A DNA stretch of 47,153 bases, taken from the NCBI RefSeq assembly GCF_001194135.2, contig NC_068986.1, forward strand, positions 106,376,183-106,423,335. Reading direction: 5' to 3'. Source of the stretch: Octopus bimaculoides (lineage: Eukaryota). Under the pieces are notes generated by a model, which was not told the origin of the DNA, did not search any database, and saw only the letters and a program-made list of their open reading frames with translations. Both the position numbers and the translations under genes were made by a program. This document shows positions 23,261 to 36,659 of the stretch, piece by piece; the first letter of the stretch is position 1, and each line of letters begins with the position of its first letter.

Positions 23261-23532
23261 CGTAGGCCTCTGAGAAGGTAACGTCAAGCTTTTTGCAAAA
23301 TTTCATGCAGATTCTCTGCTCAACTTTTTCTGTCATGGTCAATGTGACGAACACACGCTACACACGTTAATTCCAAGCACTACTGTAAACAGCAGGAGTA
23401 AAATAGACTGTTAAAACTTAGTTCACATGCACTACAGAGTCCAAGGTCAATCTGTACCAAGCGGCTTTACTCTGCGTGCTTTAGCTTCGTTATTATGGCA
23501 ACAGGCCGGATACTTATTGATCAGACCATGTA
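23247..23532 (-). mobile_element. Mariner 5' end: TIR, 5' UTR and N-terminus
   Basis: Minus strand TA|catggtctgatcaataagtatccgg (TIR-like). The ATG at 23336 gives MTEKVEQRICMKFCKKLDVTFSEAYAK. Confidence 0.8.
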
Positions 23533-23634
23533 CAAATGTATATATACACACACACATACGGGAGAAATAATAACTAGGGATAACAGCTGGGAAAATTCCA
23601 GCTCCTATATTCAGATTATAAATTACATTTATAC

Positions 23635-23748
23635 CCATAATAACTGGTGCACTACGTTTTTTCAATAAATGTTCAAATGATAATCTGGATAAGTTAGTGT
23701 TTTCAGTATAAGCATTGAACCAATTAACTCGCACATTACAAATACCAT
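23635..23748 (-). CDS. Candidate 114-nt minus-strand exon, (D)GICNVRVNWFNAYTENTNLSRLSFEHLLKKRSAPVIM
   Basis: Acceptor ttttactgtttcacttacag| and a weak donor TGG|gtataa; lies within ORF 23447-23803. Confidence 0.25.
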
Positions 23749-24537
23749 CTGTAAGTGAAACAGTAAAATATACAAGACTTTTCCCAGCTTTACAATTTGA
23801 CATTGTTTTTCATTATCTACATTCCAACGGTAGAGCGTTTTATCTTTGTTAGAAACCAGTTCCTTCCTCAGGGGAAGAATTTAAATATTTAAAAACAGGA
23901 AACATTCATGCATAATTATACGCACATATCTATATGTATTTACACGTATAAATGCATACACACATACATACACACGCACTCACCTACACACAAATGCACT
24001 CATATATAACACGTCTGCGTGTATATACGTATTCCGCCTTTGCAAATATATGTTTATGTTGTTGCTTATTGGTCATTAAATACACCTGTTTATTCTCTTA
24101 CATCTTAAATGAAAAGCAATGAAGAAATACGGTCTTATCGATTTCTGCCATGCTAATATTTAGAAACAAAACTATAATAGCTTCATTAATCATGTTAAAT
24201 TTTCTCTTTGCTGTTCTCACAGAATAAGACACAATAAGTTGTGTAACATGTGTACATAATTATATATTCTCTTTATAAATTCCGATGAAATTTGTTTTTA
24301 TGTCTTTTCACATATATGTGCAAACTTATTCCTGTATATTCATAGACGTAGTCTTTTATTCCTCGAATACGTTACTGACTTTAGTTGTTGGCCTGTGGCT
24401 ATGCTGGAGGAATGTCATCGAAAGGTTTTATAGTTGATCATGCTATATGATCAACCCTAGCATACATTATAATCTGGCTCTTAGTTGATCTATGCTCATC
24501 ATGTATATATACATACACCAGTGCACACACACACACA

Positions 24538-24583
<46 letters not shown>

Positions 24584-27500
24584 TTCTCTCACTTATGTAT
24601 ATAAATACATTTATATGTTTCAATTGATATATTCAAGTTTTAAACAAAGTTAAGATAAAATGTCTACTGTAAGTTTGAAAACGCAATTGAAATGAGAAGA
24701 ATCTAGGACAAACAGATACACCTACACGGCTCGAATTAGTGACAAGTTTCAATTAGAACTATTCAGAATGTCCAAAAGAGACATTATTCATTCCTCAACC
24801 TCTCATAAATGACCTGTATGTATTTCTCATTAATCTTTCCAATTATTTGAATGTTTTCTACAAAAAGGAATTAGTTTCTGACAATCATTCAAGTGTCTGC
24901 AACTGGAGTTTAGTCAATAACGTTGAAGCGTTATATGTTGAGTAAGGAAATAGCTTCCATGTTTTCCTCTCGACATTACAGATTGCATTTATAAAATACC
25001 ACATGGCTGGTTTTTACAATTTGTATCCTGAGATTAACTAACGTTTTGGTACCAACTTTTAAGCATTTCATAACAAACGAATGCTCCAAATAGATCCAAA
25101 CATAATGCATAAACTGCGCAGTTTCGAAACGGTTGTCAGAAAAATATTCTTTTTCTCATTAAGCTTTATAGAAATATTTCCATCTGCAAAACAGACAACC
25201 GTTATAACTCTACATATATTTTATCTTTTATTTTTCTGTCCAACACAAGTAACTCAGTTCTCTTATGTTCGGCTATGATTGAGGTTTTGATAGCAATATT
25301 CCTTTAATATTGTCTGTGTCGAAACATAAAATTACTACTGATAGCATTGTATATTGCTTTATTAAAACCTTTCTGCTGCAACGAAATGTGGGACCTTAAT
25401 GACATTTTGCGGTAGCTGTTGATCACATACTGTCAACTATAACTTTCATACTTTTGTGGCCGATAGAATAGTGTTAGTCAAAGGCGGCCTTCGGGGGAGC
25501 TGCAAAACTTTCCACAGGGTCCCTTGCAACATTTATTCTGACACAATGAGTTCCGAGTTACCCAGATAGCATAATTGGGTGGTTGATTTAAACTGTTGCT
25601 TAGTTTAACAACCCTAGCCAGCACCTTGGATACCATTAGTGGACCCCACTTTGTTACAAGTATTTGGTGCAGGTCTTAGGTTTAGAGCTCCCTTCCTCCT
25701 TCCCCGCCCTTCACTATTTACAGAGGCTTGATACTGTCATGAACACTTCCTCATCACCGTACTAAAGCATCATAAATAATATGAAATACGTTCCTCAAAT
25801 TTGTAACATAATCTTCATATTCGGTCGTATCAGAGCTTAGGTATCTATTATCTTCAATAGGAAATCTGATAAATTACAAGTCAGCGATGGTCCCCCTTTA
25901 TCTTCCCTCAATCTGCTAGAAATAGCAGCCAGAGGTACCTCATGACGTCTTTCCATTTTAAAGAAGGTGGGTTATATTATATATTGTGGTCCATGAATAC
26001 ACCTAAAATAAAGAATCAATATGGGATAGTCACAAATGAAAGACCATTGCTCATAAAGTTTTGGGATGAAGATTTACTTGGGGGATAGACTATTTCCGAG
26101 TTTATGAAAAAATACGCTTGCGTAACCATTTGTGGTACGCGAAGTCTTCCTTATTTTAGTCTACGGTGAAATCCGTTCGTTCAACAGTTATATTACAGAG
26201 ATAATATTCAGGATCATCGGCCGCTTGTGATATTCATGTCCGATCTTTAGGTGCTAAACTATTTAATTTTAAAAACTTGGCTAATGTTTTGTTGTTGTTG
26301 ATATTTCTTAGTTGGGTGTTATATATATGATACAACATTCAAATGATATTTATTACACTGATCATAAATAAATCTCTTCCTCGCCTTTTCTTCTGAGATG
26401 GACACTGTCGATATCTCTGTTTCAGTGGCCGCTTCTGAACGAGGATCTCACAGGTTTTAATACACACGAAAAGGATTTTCTCTATTGTGCAGTCAAGTAT
26501 CTCAAATAATGATATTGCGAATGTATCATGGATTATTATTTTGTTGAGAAGAAATAATTTTATATTTCAACCCGTAGTATATTGCGCTATGTTCTTTAAA
26601 TATTCTTTGAATACGTTTTGGTTATTCAATCCATGTTCACTACATTATATGATTTAGCCAGTATCTCCGTATTCGTACTCATTGTATAGATGAAAGGCAA
26701 TAGAATTCATTCATGTAAAATTGGTTTGGTAAGCAATTCTCTCACGTTCACTTGTCAAGTAGGAATATTTATTTTGGCTACGTCCATTCTTCTATATCTT
26801 GCTTCTTAGAATTGTAACTATGTTCTGTGTAAATATTTCAATTGTCAAGAAATTATGGATGAAATTGGAGAAATTATGGATTAAATTCGTAAAAGAAATT
26901 AGTAAATCAGATAACGGGAATTAACATTAAAGTGAACAGTAAGATAGGCAGACAGTCTTCTGTCGAATATTCACTTTCAACGATTTCTAGCGGAAGATAA
27001 AATCACGGAGCTTTCAATTACAAGAATGAAGTTAGTTGACTAGGTCTTCACAAAGCTTTCTACGACACCAGCTGTGCACTTCAGCACTTTTGTCAAATAC
27101 TGTTCTTTCAAAAACCATAAACAGACAATAGTCAATTTTCCCAAGCAACCCAAACTTCCATAAGGTTTTTGTTTTTCTCTCTTTTTTGTATTCCTTACAT
27201 TATTTTTATTAATTAAAGGTTTTCTTTTTCTTTTCTTTTTTTGATACATCACCCATTCCTCACTTTCTACCTGCCAACTCTTCAGGAACTATCTTGCTGG
27301 ACTAAACTTACATTAGAGATATTCATTGAGGTTGCTTATTTATGGAAGCAATAAGTCTGTTTCTAAAGACTGCGTAGTTTATTTCATAACAAGATATGCC
27401 CTTACTGCAGCGAGCCAAATTACTATGACACTTTTGTCTCCCATATTATAGATATATATGGGAATGACATTTTACAGAATGACAATAACTTGTACAAGTA

Positions 27501-27697
27501 TCCAACAATCAGGCTTTTCCGAGTGCCTTCACATTATGTTGCCATTTTCAAAGGTCGAGTGTTATCATTGGATTTAATGCGGTATGATTAGTTGTGGACG
27601 GCTATAAATATTCAATCATTAAAATCTAAGTGCTAAATGAAATTTATTTTAGGTCGGCTCGAGAGTCAGATCTATTTTGCATCATTTGTGTTCTACT

Positions 27698-28030
27698 CTT
27701 TACTTGTTCCGGTCATTGGACTGTCGCCATGCTGGGAGACCACACTGAAGAATTTTAGTTGAGCAAATCGACACCAGAACTTATTTTTAAAGTTTGGTAT
27801 TTATTCTATCGTTCCACTTTTGCCAAATGGATATCACGAGGGTGTAAACAAACCAAGACCAGTTGTCAAGCGGTGCAGTGGGGCACAAACACATACATAT
27901 AAACGACACGGTTTCAGTCTACCAAATTCCCTTTCAAAACACTGGTTCGCCTTGGGCTATAGTAGAAGACACTTGCCGAAGGTACCGTGTAGTGGGACTG
28001 AACCCGTAATCATATGGCTGCAAAGCTAGC
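27698..28030 (-). mobile_element. SINE family B, diverged, with a very short internal tract
   Basis: ttacttgttccggtcattggactgtcgccatgctgg ... gggctatagtagaagacacttgccgaagg. Confidence 0.75.
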
Positions 28031-28609
28031 TTTTTCATCTGAGAGCCATATCTATGCCTATGTGCCATGCACACACCTTCAGAGCGATAGTAGTTTTTTC
28101 CATTGTCTTGCAAATAGCTTGTTAATTAGAAGCAAACTTTTATTAGAAATTTGTTTGACGGCAGTTCTTTTCCATGACAGATTTCCTAGACATCGTAAGT
28201 TCGTGTTCGAAGTTATTAGGTCTTAAATTATTTGAGTGTAAAATTACCCTACGCTTTAGTCCGCTTTTCTTTTATAAAAACCGTTTATGAAACAATTGCT
28301 GAGCTGTGAAAATTATATTATTCAGCTTTCAGTATACAGTTATATCAAATATTTGATTCCATTGTGCAGTCATTTGACAGGTTCGTCCAATTTTCATTTT
28401 TCTTATCTATCAGGTTCTCTGAGGCTGGCATATTTTATTACCATTCCTGGAAGTTAACTCCTAGATGTTATTTTAGAAAGATAGTAGGTGTATAGAAAGA
28501 GAAAGTTGTTGCCAGACATGCATTATCACATTTTAATTTGGATTCCAGTGGTAATATAAATAATGATTAATATACGAGTAGTTGTTTCTTTCCATACTGT
28601 CATTAGCAA

Positions 28610-29450
28610 TAGTCTGTTAAATAATGGTAGTTTAATGAAATGTTTAATGACAAGGTCCGAACAGTCACACATTTGAAATCGTGAAAAGGGTGGGGAGTGT
28701 AAACAAAACAACACCATTTGTCAAATGCTGGTGGAAGACATATACAAGAGAAGCACCAATCAAGGCATATAACCAAACACACATAGCTACACACATGCGC
28801 ACACACCCACCCACACACACACATACTCCCACAAGTGCACACATGCTCACAAAATGGCACAAGAACGCAAAACATCCTGACAGTTAAGTGATACAAGAAA
28901 GGGACAACAAAACATTCAGATAAACGATACAAAGAAAACAAGGACGGGTCATTCGGAGTTTTCTTTCATCAGTCGAGTTCCAGATTATCTTTGCAATTTC
29001 GGTTGTTTATACTCGAGATTGCTCCAATCTGGCCATCTCCAAGGAAAAACTAAGCTAAGAGCATCAGATTCCTTGGAAGAAAGCAGCGAATGTATACGAA
29101 AACAAGGACAGAAAAAAACGAACAATGTTAAACAAAAACAATAAAAATAATAACAGGACATAACAGGTGTCTTTCGACTAAGGACGAATTAAATTAAGCT
29201 GACGTCTGAGGAAATAAAGCCTTACGGCAGGAATATAAGGTTCTACAGGCACAGGGAGGAATATCGATTTTGCACGCGCAACTGCCGGCCAATAAAGACA
29301 GAACAGGCTTGGGCGAACACCGGTGACGTGGGAAGAGATGAGAGAGAGGTGGAGGCAGAGGGACAAAAGAATTAAGGAGGGGCGAGTAAAAATAACAGGG
29401 ACACAGTGAAGTGAAATGTGGAGGGAAAGTGAGCAAGTAGAGAAGGCAAG
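28610..29450 (-). repeat. Probable interspersed repeat, possibly the terminal/UTR region of a Penelope-like element
   Basis: Distinct composition with purine-rich and CA-rich blocks, and CTGATGA...CCGAA on the minus strand at ~28950-28975. No coding homology seen. Confidence 0.35.
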
Positions 29451-30041
29451 GAAATATGAGCGAGGGGGAACGAAAGAACGAAGAGTGGAATGAACGAATA
29501 TATATATATATATATANNNNNNNNNNNNNNNNNNNNNNNNNNNNNNNNNNNNNNNNNNNNNNNNNNNNNNNNNNNNNNNNNNNNNNNNNNNNNNNNNNNN
29601 NNNNNNNNNNNNNNNNNNNNNNNNNNNNNNNNNNNNNNNNNNNNNNNNNNNNNNNNNNNNNNNNNNNNNNNNNNNNNNNNNNNNNNNNNNNNNNNNNNNN
29701 NNNNNNNNNNNNNNNNNNNNNNNNNNNNNNNNNNNNNNNNNNNNNNNNNNNNNNNNNNNNNNNNNNNNNNNNNNNNNNNNNNNNNNNNNNNNNNNNNNNN
29801 NNNNNNNNNNNNNNNNNNNNNNNNNNNNNNNNNNNNNNNNNNNNNNNNNNNNNNNNNNNNNNNNNNNNNNNNNNNNNNNNNNNNNNNNNNNNNNNNNNNN
29901 NNNNNNNNNNNNNNNNNNNNNNNNNNNNNNNNNNNNNNNNNNNNNNNNNNNNNNNNNNNNNNNNNNNNNNNNNNNNNNNNNNNNNNNNNNNNNNNNNNNN
30001 NNNNNNNNNNNNNNNNNNNNNNNNNNNNNNNNNNNNNNNNN

Positions 30042-30100
<59 letters not shown>

Positions 30101-30117
30101 TGTGTGTGTGTGTATGT

Positions 30118-30470
30118 GTGGAGGCACAATGGCCCAGTGGTTAGGGTAGCGGATTCGCAGTCATAGGATCGCGGTTTCGATTCCCAGAACCGGACGTTGT
30201 GAGTGTTCCAGCAGGAGGTGGTGGCGAACCCTGCTATACTCTTTCACCACAACTCTCTCTCTCACTCTTTCTTCCCGTTTCTGTTGCACCTGTACTTCAA
30301 AGGGTCAGCCTCTTCACACTATATGTCACGCTGAATCACCCCGAGAACTACGTTGAGGGTAGACGTGTCTGTGGAGTGCTCCACCACTTGCACGTTAATT
30401 TCCCAAGCAGGTTGTTCCGTTGATTGGTTCAACCGGAACCCTCGTCGTCGTAACCGACAAATTGCCACCA
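30118..30470 (+). mobile_element. SINE family C copy inserted next to (TG)n, with a ~35-bp internal deletion
   Basis: Collinear with 17663-18044 but lacking ttattgagcgaaaacacctaaaaagcaccacgaggctccg. Confidence 0.85.
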
Positions 30471-30751
30471 AACATCGAATATTTCTCTTGAGATAGGCTT
30501 CAAAACTTGTTTAGTCCGAATTCACCTTCTCTCTTCCGTGCAGTTTTCAATTTATATACGCATAAATAGCAACCTTCGTTGTTAAACTTCAGTTGTACAG
30601 CGGCGGCCATCTTATTGAAATTTTCACGTGTTTCGATATGAGACGAAGAGTATTACATACGCCGGTTAATAAATTCTGTTGATCAATTATACACATACAT
30701 GTATAACCTTAATATAACATATATAGATGCGTACATATATATACATGCATA

Positions 30752-30819
<68 letters not shown>

Positions 30820-31602
30820 TTNNNNNNNNNNNNNNNNNNNNNNNNNNNNNNNNNNNNNNNNNNNNNNNNNNNNNNNNNNNNNNNNNNNNNNNNNNNNNNN
30901 NNNNNNNNNNNNNNNNNNNNNNNNNNNTATATCAGCTTCTATCTACGAAATCCACACACAAGTCTGTTGTCCTCGCGAGTCTGTAGTAAAATATACTACC
31001 CAAAGTTTACATGTGGGATTGAACTTAGTTAGGAATTAAGTCTCTTAACCATACAGCCACACGTAAATCTCACAATCTTTCCCGGCGACTCGGGTTGGGA
31101 TTTTTATCTCACTAAATGATTTCTTGCTTTATTTCAATCCACAATTTTATATACTTGTCACCATTAAGAACAAGTGAGCAAATGATAGAAACCTTTCAAG
31201 TAGTTCTGCTAATAACCCATAAAAATGCAGCAAATCCAAGTCAATAATCTTTCAGAGCAAGTAAAACTAAAGTGCCCAATATAATGTAAACTCCTTCGTT
31301 GTACTTTTATATCTTCAGGAATGTTGTGGCCTATGGTTATCTTTTAGTTTTTAAAAAATCTTTTGCGTGTTTTAATCATTGAACTGCAGCTATTCACTAT
31401 AACCAACTTGAAGGGTTTTAGTGAAACAGTTTGAAACACTACTACTTTTTAAGTCTGGTTCTTATTTTTTTCTTCTCTTCTGATTAACTGCTAAGATTAG
31501 CGTAATACGTAATCACGTAAAACGTAAAAAAAATTAACTGATATATAAGCAGCGGTGGTAAGACAAACAAACACAAAGATACACATAGATGTTCATATAT
31601 AT

Positions 31603-32518
31603 ATTCACTGTGTAATTCATGGACTGTACCTTATTGCTAAAATATTTAATGAGCAGCTGTTTTCAAGCTGGATGTTTGTATTATTTACAGTTAGAAAATT
31701 CAGATCTCATGCTTTATATAAATAGGCTGTTCTATCAATTCGATATACTGAAGCACTGTTTCTTTACACTGAAGTTTTATGGCTATGAAAAGGATCCTGT
31801 TTGAAACACTTCACCATGATTAACAGTACTATTGTTGAAGGTTTACCTATGAATTTTAATATCCAACTAGCAAAGTGCATTGAGTTTATTCACAGCGATG
31901 CGATGTAATAAGCTGATATATTTATGACAAGATGAAAAGCCTGAATTTTCAAATACAAAGAAACAATTGTAATCCAATACATAAGGAAAATTGAACTGTA
32001 CAAGCGAAACCTTTTTAGAAAGGTGTCTTGTCAGTTTCCATCAATGGAAATCCTTTTACAATTATTTACAGACGATAATCTGAGGACATACTGTTTTACA
32101 ACAGTTGAAAGAAGATATGAGACAGGACTTAATGATTAAACAGTAGATTCCTGACTGAGTTGAAAAAAATCTCTATCGTTGGTAAAATAGAAGAAGAAAA
32201 AATGGTTTAAAGGAAACCATCATTGATTTCTAAAATGATGAAGTAAAGAGGATATTTAAAAATCGAAGATTGTGTGAAATATAATTGCAATGTAATCTTT
32301 TGTATCCTATATTGTGGAAAGATGCCAAGCTAGTTTTTACAGTTTCTTCGTCCTTTTATCTTAGAGAAAAAAGTTTTTGTGCAGTAAATTAAATTTTGAC
32401 TGACAATAGAAACCGAATGGAAATAAAACAGTTTGGGGAATTACGACTAGTTTTATCAAATTTCGAACTAAATATTGCAGAACTTTCTGTAAGTCATCAG
32501 CTGCAGGGATCACATTAA
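31603..32518 (+). pseudogene. Decayed hAT (Charlie/SPIN-like) transposase, C-terminal half
   Basis: IHCVIH motif at 31603. Later segments read YPILWKDAKLVF...SFYLREKSFCAV and NRNRMEIKQFGELRLVLSNFELNIAELSVSHQLQGSH*. Many stops and frameshifts. Confidence 0.75.
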
Positions 32519-32975
32519 CAAACGCCTGGCGCTATTTGAATATATTACAATCACATTAATAAACAATACATACAACCACAGTTATTGCTGGTTATTCACA
32601 TCAATGAAAATGTCCAACTATATTAAAATCAAGATGCCACAATGTTGGAAGTATAATTTTTCCACCATGGGTAATATCAAGAAATATAGTGTATACACAA
32701 TAATCATAATTTAGTTTTCATCAAATTCCTTGGTGCTTATACAAAAGAATGAAATGAATACCAATTTTCAAAAATTATTTACTACCTTAAATTAGAATAG
32801 AATAAAATTAATTGAAACAAATTTAACTCTTCCCATAACTACTCTGTCATTTACTACCTCTACTCTGTATTCTCTCCACTTCCTCTGTTCCTATCATTCT
32901 TTCTCTCTCATTATATGTTTAGCGTGTCTTTACTCATTGTCTGCCACAAAACCCCTCATATACACTCGTATGTTT

Positions 32976-33011
<36 letters not shown>

Positions 33012-34760
33012 CTTGTATTTTTAACTCTATTTCTCTCAGCATGTCTTTTTTTGGTCTTTCTCTTCCTTCCAGTCTCTGTGCAATGTAAAGCGTGACTGCA
33101 GAAATAACATCAGATATTGTTTATATAGAAATAATAAAATAGTTTGCAATCATTTGCAATTCAATTACAAAAACTAATTTTGTTACATAAAAGTAGATTT
33201 TGGTTGCGTGGCTGTAAGTATTGAAATGGTTTCGCTGGGTACATGCGAAAAAAGATTAGGAAACTATGGTTTAGCGAGACTGGAGAAAATATCTGAAATT
33301 GTTTTAAGCTGTTTATACTCTGCAGCACTATCTTTCCGATCAGCTTGGGAGTTACGTCAGCGTTATACCTTCAACAATTTTCTGCTATCATCTATGACAG
33401 CTTTTGTACCTATATAGGTCTCTTCAGAATAGCGACTGACATCACAAGAATTGAAATAATAATTGCTGTCTGTAATATGGTTTATGTTTGGGAAGATTTC
33501 GTCCCAGTGCCTATTTAACAGCTTCATGTAACTGATAGACGGATTTTAACGTGCTTTTTGACAGCACCAAAATAAATCGCGGTTTAAACATGAGACAAGC
33601 GAAGTGTGGAGGATATTCGTGCGGCGTTGGTGGCTGTGTTTGTTTGTATTGTTATTTGTGTCAGCCATGATTGTCGAAGCGAAATTTCACGCGGTGAGAA
33701 GTATTATTTATAATCCAGTCTGAATGCTACCAAGTTGTTGAGGTAAATATGTTTCACTTACACATATAACAACGTGGGTGTATGTATGTTAAAAAAACAA
33801 AAACAAGGAAACAAAAACAAAATAAACATCAGTAACGCATCAGAGCATAATTGTTGAAGAAAACGTTCAAACACGCAATTTTGAGTGATAAAATACGCCT
33901 GCGCATTTGTTTTTAGTTTCACTATTATGTATGTATAAGTGTATGTATGTATGTATGTATGCATGTATACATTCATGTATGTGTACATGTGTATGTCTAC
34001 ATAATACGTGCATACGTTCATACATTTATACAAAATTGGTCCAACGGTAGTTAGAAAACTTGGCCGTGTATTCAGAAGTAAATTCTAAGGTTATAGTCTA
34101 CATGAGTTAGTATCTAAAGATTTTTCATTAGTCCACCTTATATGTTGTCTTTCACTATTAATATTGTATTGATATCTGACGGATAACTAATTTATGCAGA
34201 AAACATCACCCCTTCTATATCTTAGATCATTAATTTTCTGGTTTGTTGAGCTTACAATTTAGAGAGGGTTTCCCCGGAATATTCCACTAATATTCTTTCA
34301 TATTATGGGTAAGAATGACCTCCACTTTATTGTAACGTCTTGTACTCCCATCTTCAGGACTGTAATATGAAGTGTCTTGGCAAATTCATTAAATCCAAAA
34401 AGAAGACAAATTCCTGTGGGCCATATCGTCCGTATTAATTTCATAGATTCTGTGTCTATTTTTAAATCTGCGTGTTTTATTGTATACACTAGTAGCTATG
34501 TATATGTGCATGCATTCTATACGGTGATCGAATGTACCGTATTTGATGACATAACGAAAGACGCATGAGTGTATCCGACGCACCCCAATTTCATTGGCAC
34601 ATACTCAGGTAAAAAGCTTTTTACTGCCTGTGATATAAGGGTATTGGAGACCCAGCTTTGCATATAGGATCCGAAATAATTGTACTATATGTGCCATCAG
34701 ATACACTGTATGCCTAGATTTAGACATATCTATCTATCTATCTATCTATCATCTCCCCCG

Positions 34761-34851
<91 letters not shown>

Positions 34852-35254
34852 TATGCTTCTATACATATATGGGTGCGTATGTGTGGGCGTGTGTGTACCT
34901 CTGTGTGTATATGTGTGAGTGTATGCCTGCGTGTGTAAGCATATATACCACACACTTGTGAAAGATTTTACTCGTTTTTCAGATTCAGTAATAAATTTTG
35001 ATTACGATGTATCGATAATTATAAAGATATATCATTAGAGATATCACTGTCATTTTAGTGTTTCAGATATGCTGTTGTTACCTCCTGTTTGGAGAGCGCA
35101 AAGTTAGTACTATGAACGTAAAAGTTAAGACTGTTACTTGTCGCATATTGTTTCAACGTAAAAGCTAAGAAAACGCATGGAGCGAAAGAATGCGAACGCT
35201 TTTATTAGCATTTTCTTTTGAGAGGCACTTTGTTTCAGGTAATTTTCAAAAATA

Positions 35255-35655
35255 TCGAAGAATTTAGTAAAGTAATTTTGTCATTATTAAACTCGTGCTT
35301 GAACATAGATTAGTATGAAATTTTGATGTACGGTTGTAATTTAGATCACTTTACCATAGTTCTTTTGAAATATAATAAATTTGTTTCAATTTATTGTTAA
35401 ATATGAATAATTCAGAGAAATAACCTTAGTAATCTGAGAACATAGCATGAAATTTTGAAGGAAGGCTTTGCAGTAAATCACTTTAACACATTTGATACTT
35501 TATTTATTCTTGAAATACATCATCTTTGATTCAATGAATTTTAAAATTTCTGAAGAATTTAGTAAAATAAATTTATTGTTATTTAGCTGATGTTACACGA
35601 AGTAACATGAAATATTGAGAGACGGTTCTAATTTAGATGGCTTTAAAACAGGATA
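35255..35655 (+). repeat. Three degenerate ~146-bp tandem units
   Basis: gaagaatttagtaaa at 35258 and 35551. The motifs (c/t)atgaaattttga and atcacttta/atggcttta recur at a ~146-bp period. Possibly the interior of a non-autonomous DNA transposon. Confidence 0.6.
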
Positions 35656-35659
35656 TTTC

Positions 35660-35936
35660 TGTCATCGGATTATAGGTGGTCTCACTAGAGTCGATATAAG
35701 ACACGTTTATTCATCATATTTGTTGTATCAACGCCCCCAGGCAAAGAAGTAGGATCTCCCAAGACATATAAATAGAGGTAGTCTGGCCGTGTTAGGTGTG
35801 TTGAGTAGCAGTCGAGTAGCAGTTGTGTATCGGTTGAGTAGAGATCATCCGAAGCTGCTAGATAGCAGTAGCTTGAGATATAACAATATTTCATCATGGT
35901 TATTGATCAAGTTTATTCATCATGTTTCTCCCGTCA
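35660..35936. mobile_element. Possible solo LTR
   Basis: TG...CA ends, internal TATAAATAG, GC-richer than the flanks, and imperfect 4-bp flanks tttc/ttta. Confidence 0.3.
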
Positions 35937-36532
35937 TTTAGTAGAGTTAAATACTCGATCAAACCTTAAAACAGCAAAAGTTCTATTAACACAAATTTCA
36001 GCATAGGTTGACAAAACTGAAAATGTAATGTCTTCTTCCCAATTATTTGTTCGTTTCTGATGAGCAGACGCCATTTAGAACATTACGTGAACTGTCCTTT
36101 CCAGTTGTTTGTGATCATGTCGTTTGGAACGCAGCGAATCTAGAAATAGATAGTATACTTTTTATGTATTAAATCCTGCAATGCATCTAATTGACACGTT
36201 TTCCGTAATGTTAAATTCTTACAAATTCAGCTGAGTATATTGATATTCCCACAGAGAAAATGATTCATAGGGTGTATTATGTACAAGAATCCAACCATCA
36301 AGTCTCTTTCTAATACTTTCGATCCTGCAGTTTTTCTGTCAAGTTACAAATATATATTCGAATTGAAAGTACACGGATTTGGTATAAAGCAAAGCCAATA
36401 CCTATATGTATGTGTATGTATATTCTCTTCTATTTCTTTTTAATAAGAAAAGTGTTTATACCGAAGATACAAAGTGCAATTGTTGGAATGTTAATGCATG
36501 AATGCAAATATTTGTGTGTGTATTATATAGTG

Positions 36533-36566
<34 letters not shown>

Positions 36567-36659
36567 NNNNNNNNNNNTATATATTTGAAAAAATAATAAG
36601 TTACTAAGGTATCTGGATGGGTGTACATTTACAGATTTTTATTAATATGTCAGATGTTT

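Noticed and set aside
26398-28487. Further phase-compatible exon candidates 26398-26453 and 28414-28487
   Set aside because: Donors are weak (gtttta, gtgtat), and short open AG-GT segments are frequent by chance. Mentioned only as possible extensions.
28943-28976. Minus-strand CTGATGA...CCGAAT hammerhead-like string
   Set aside because: It has GAAU instead of GAAA and no convincing stems I and III.
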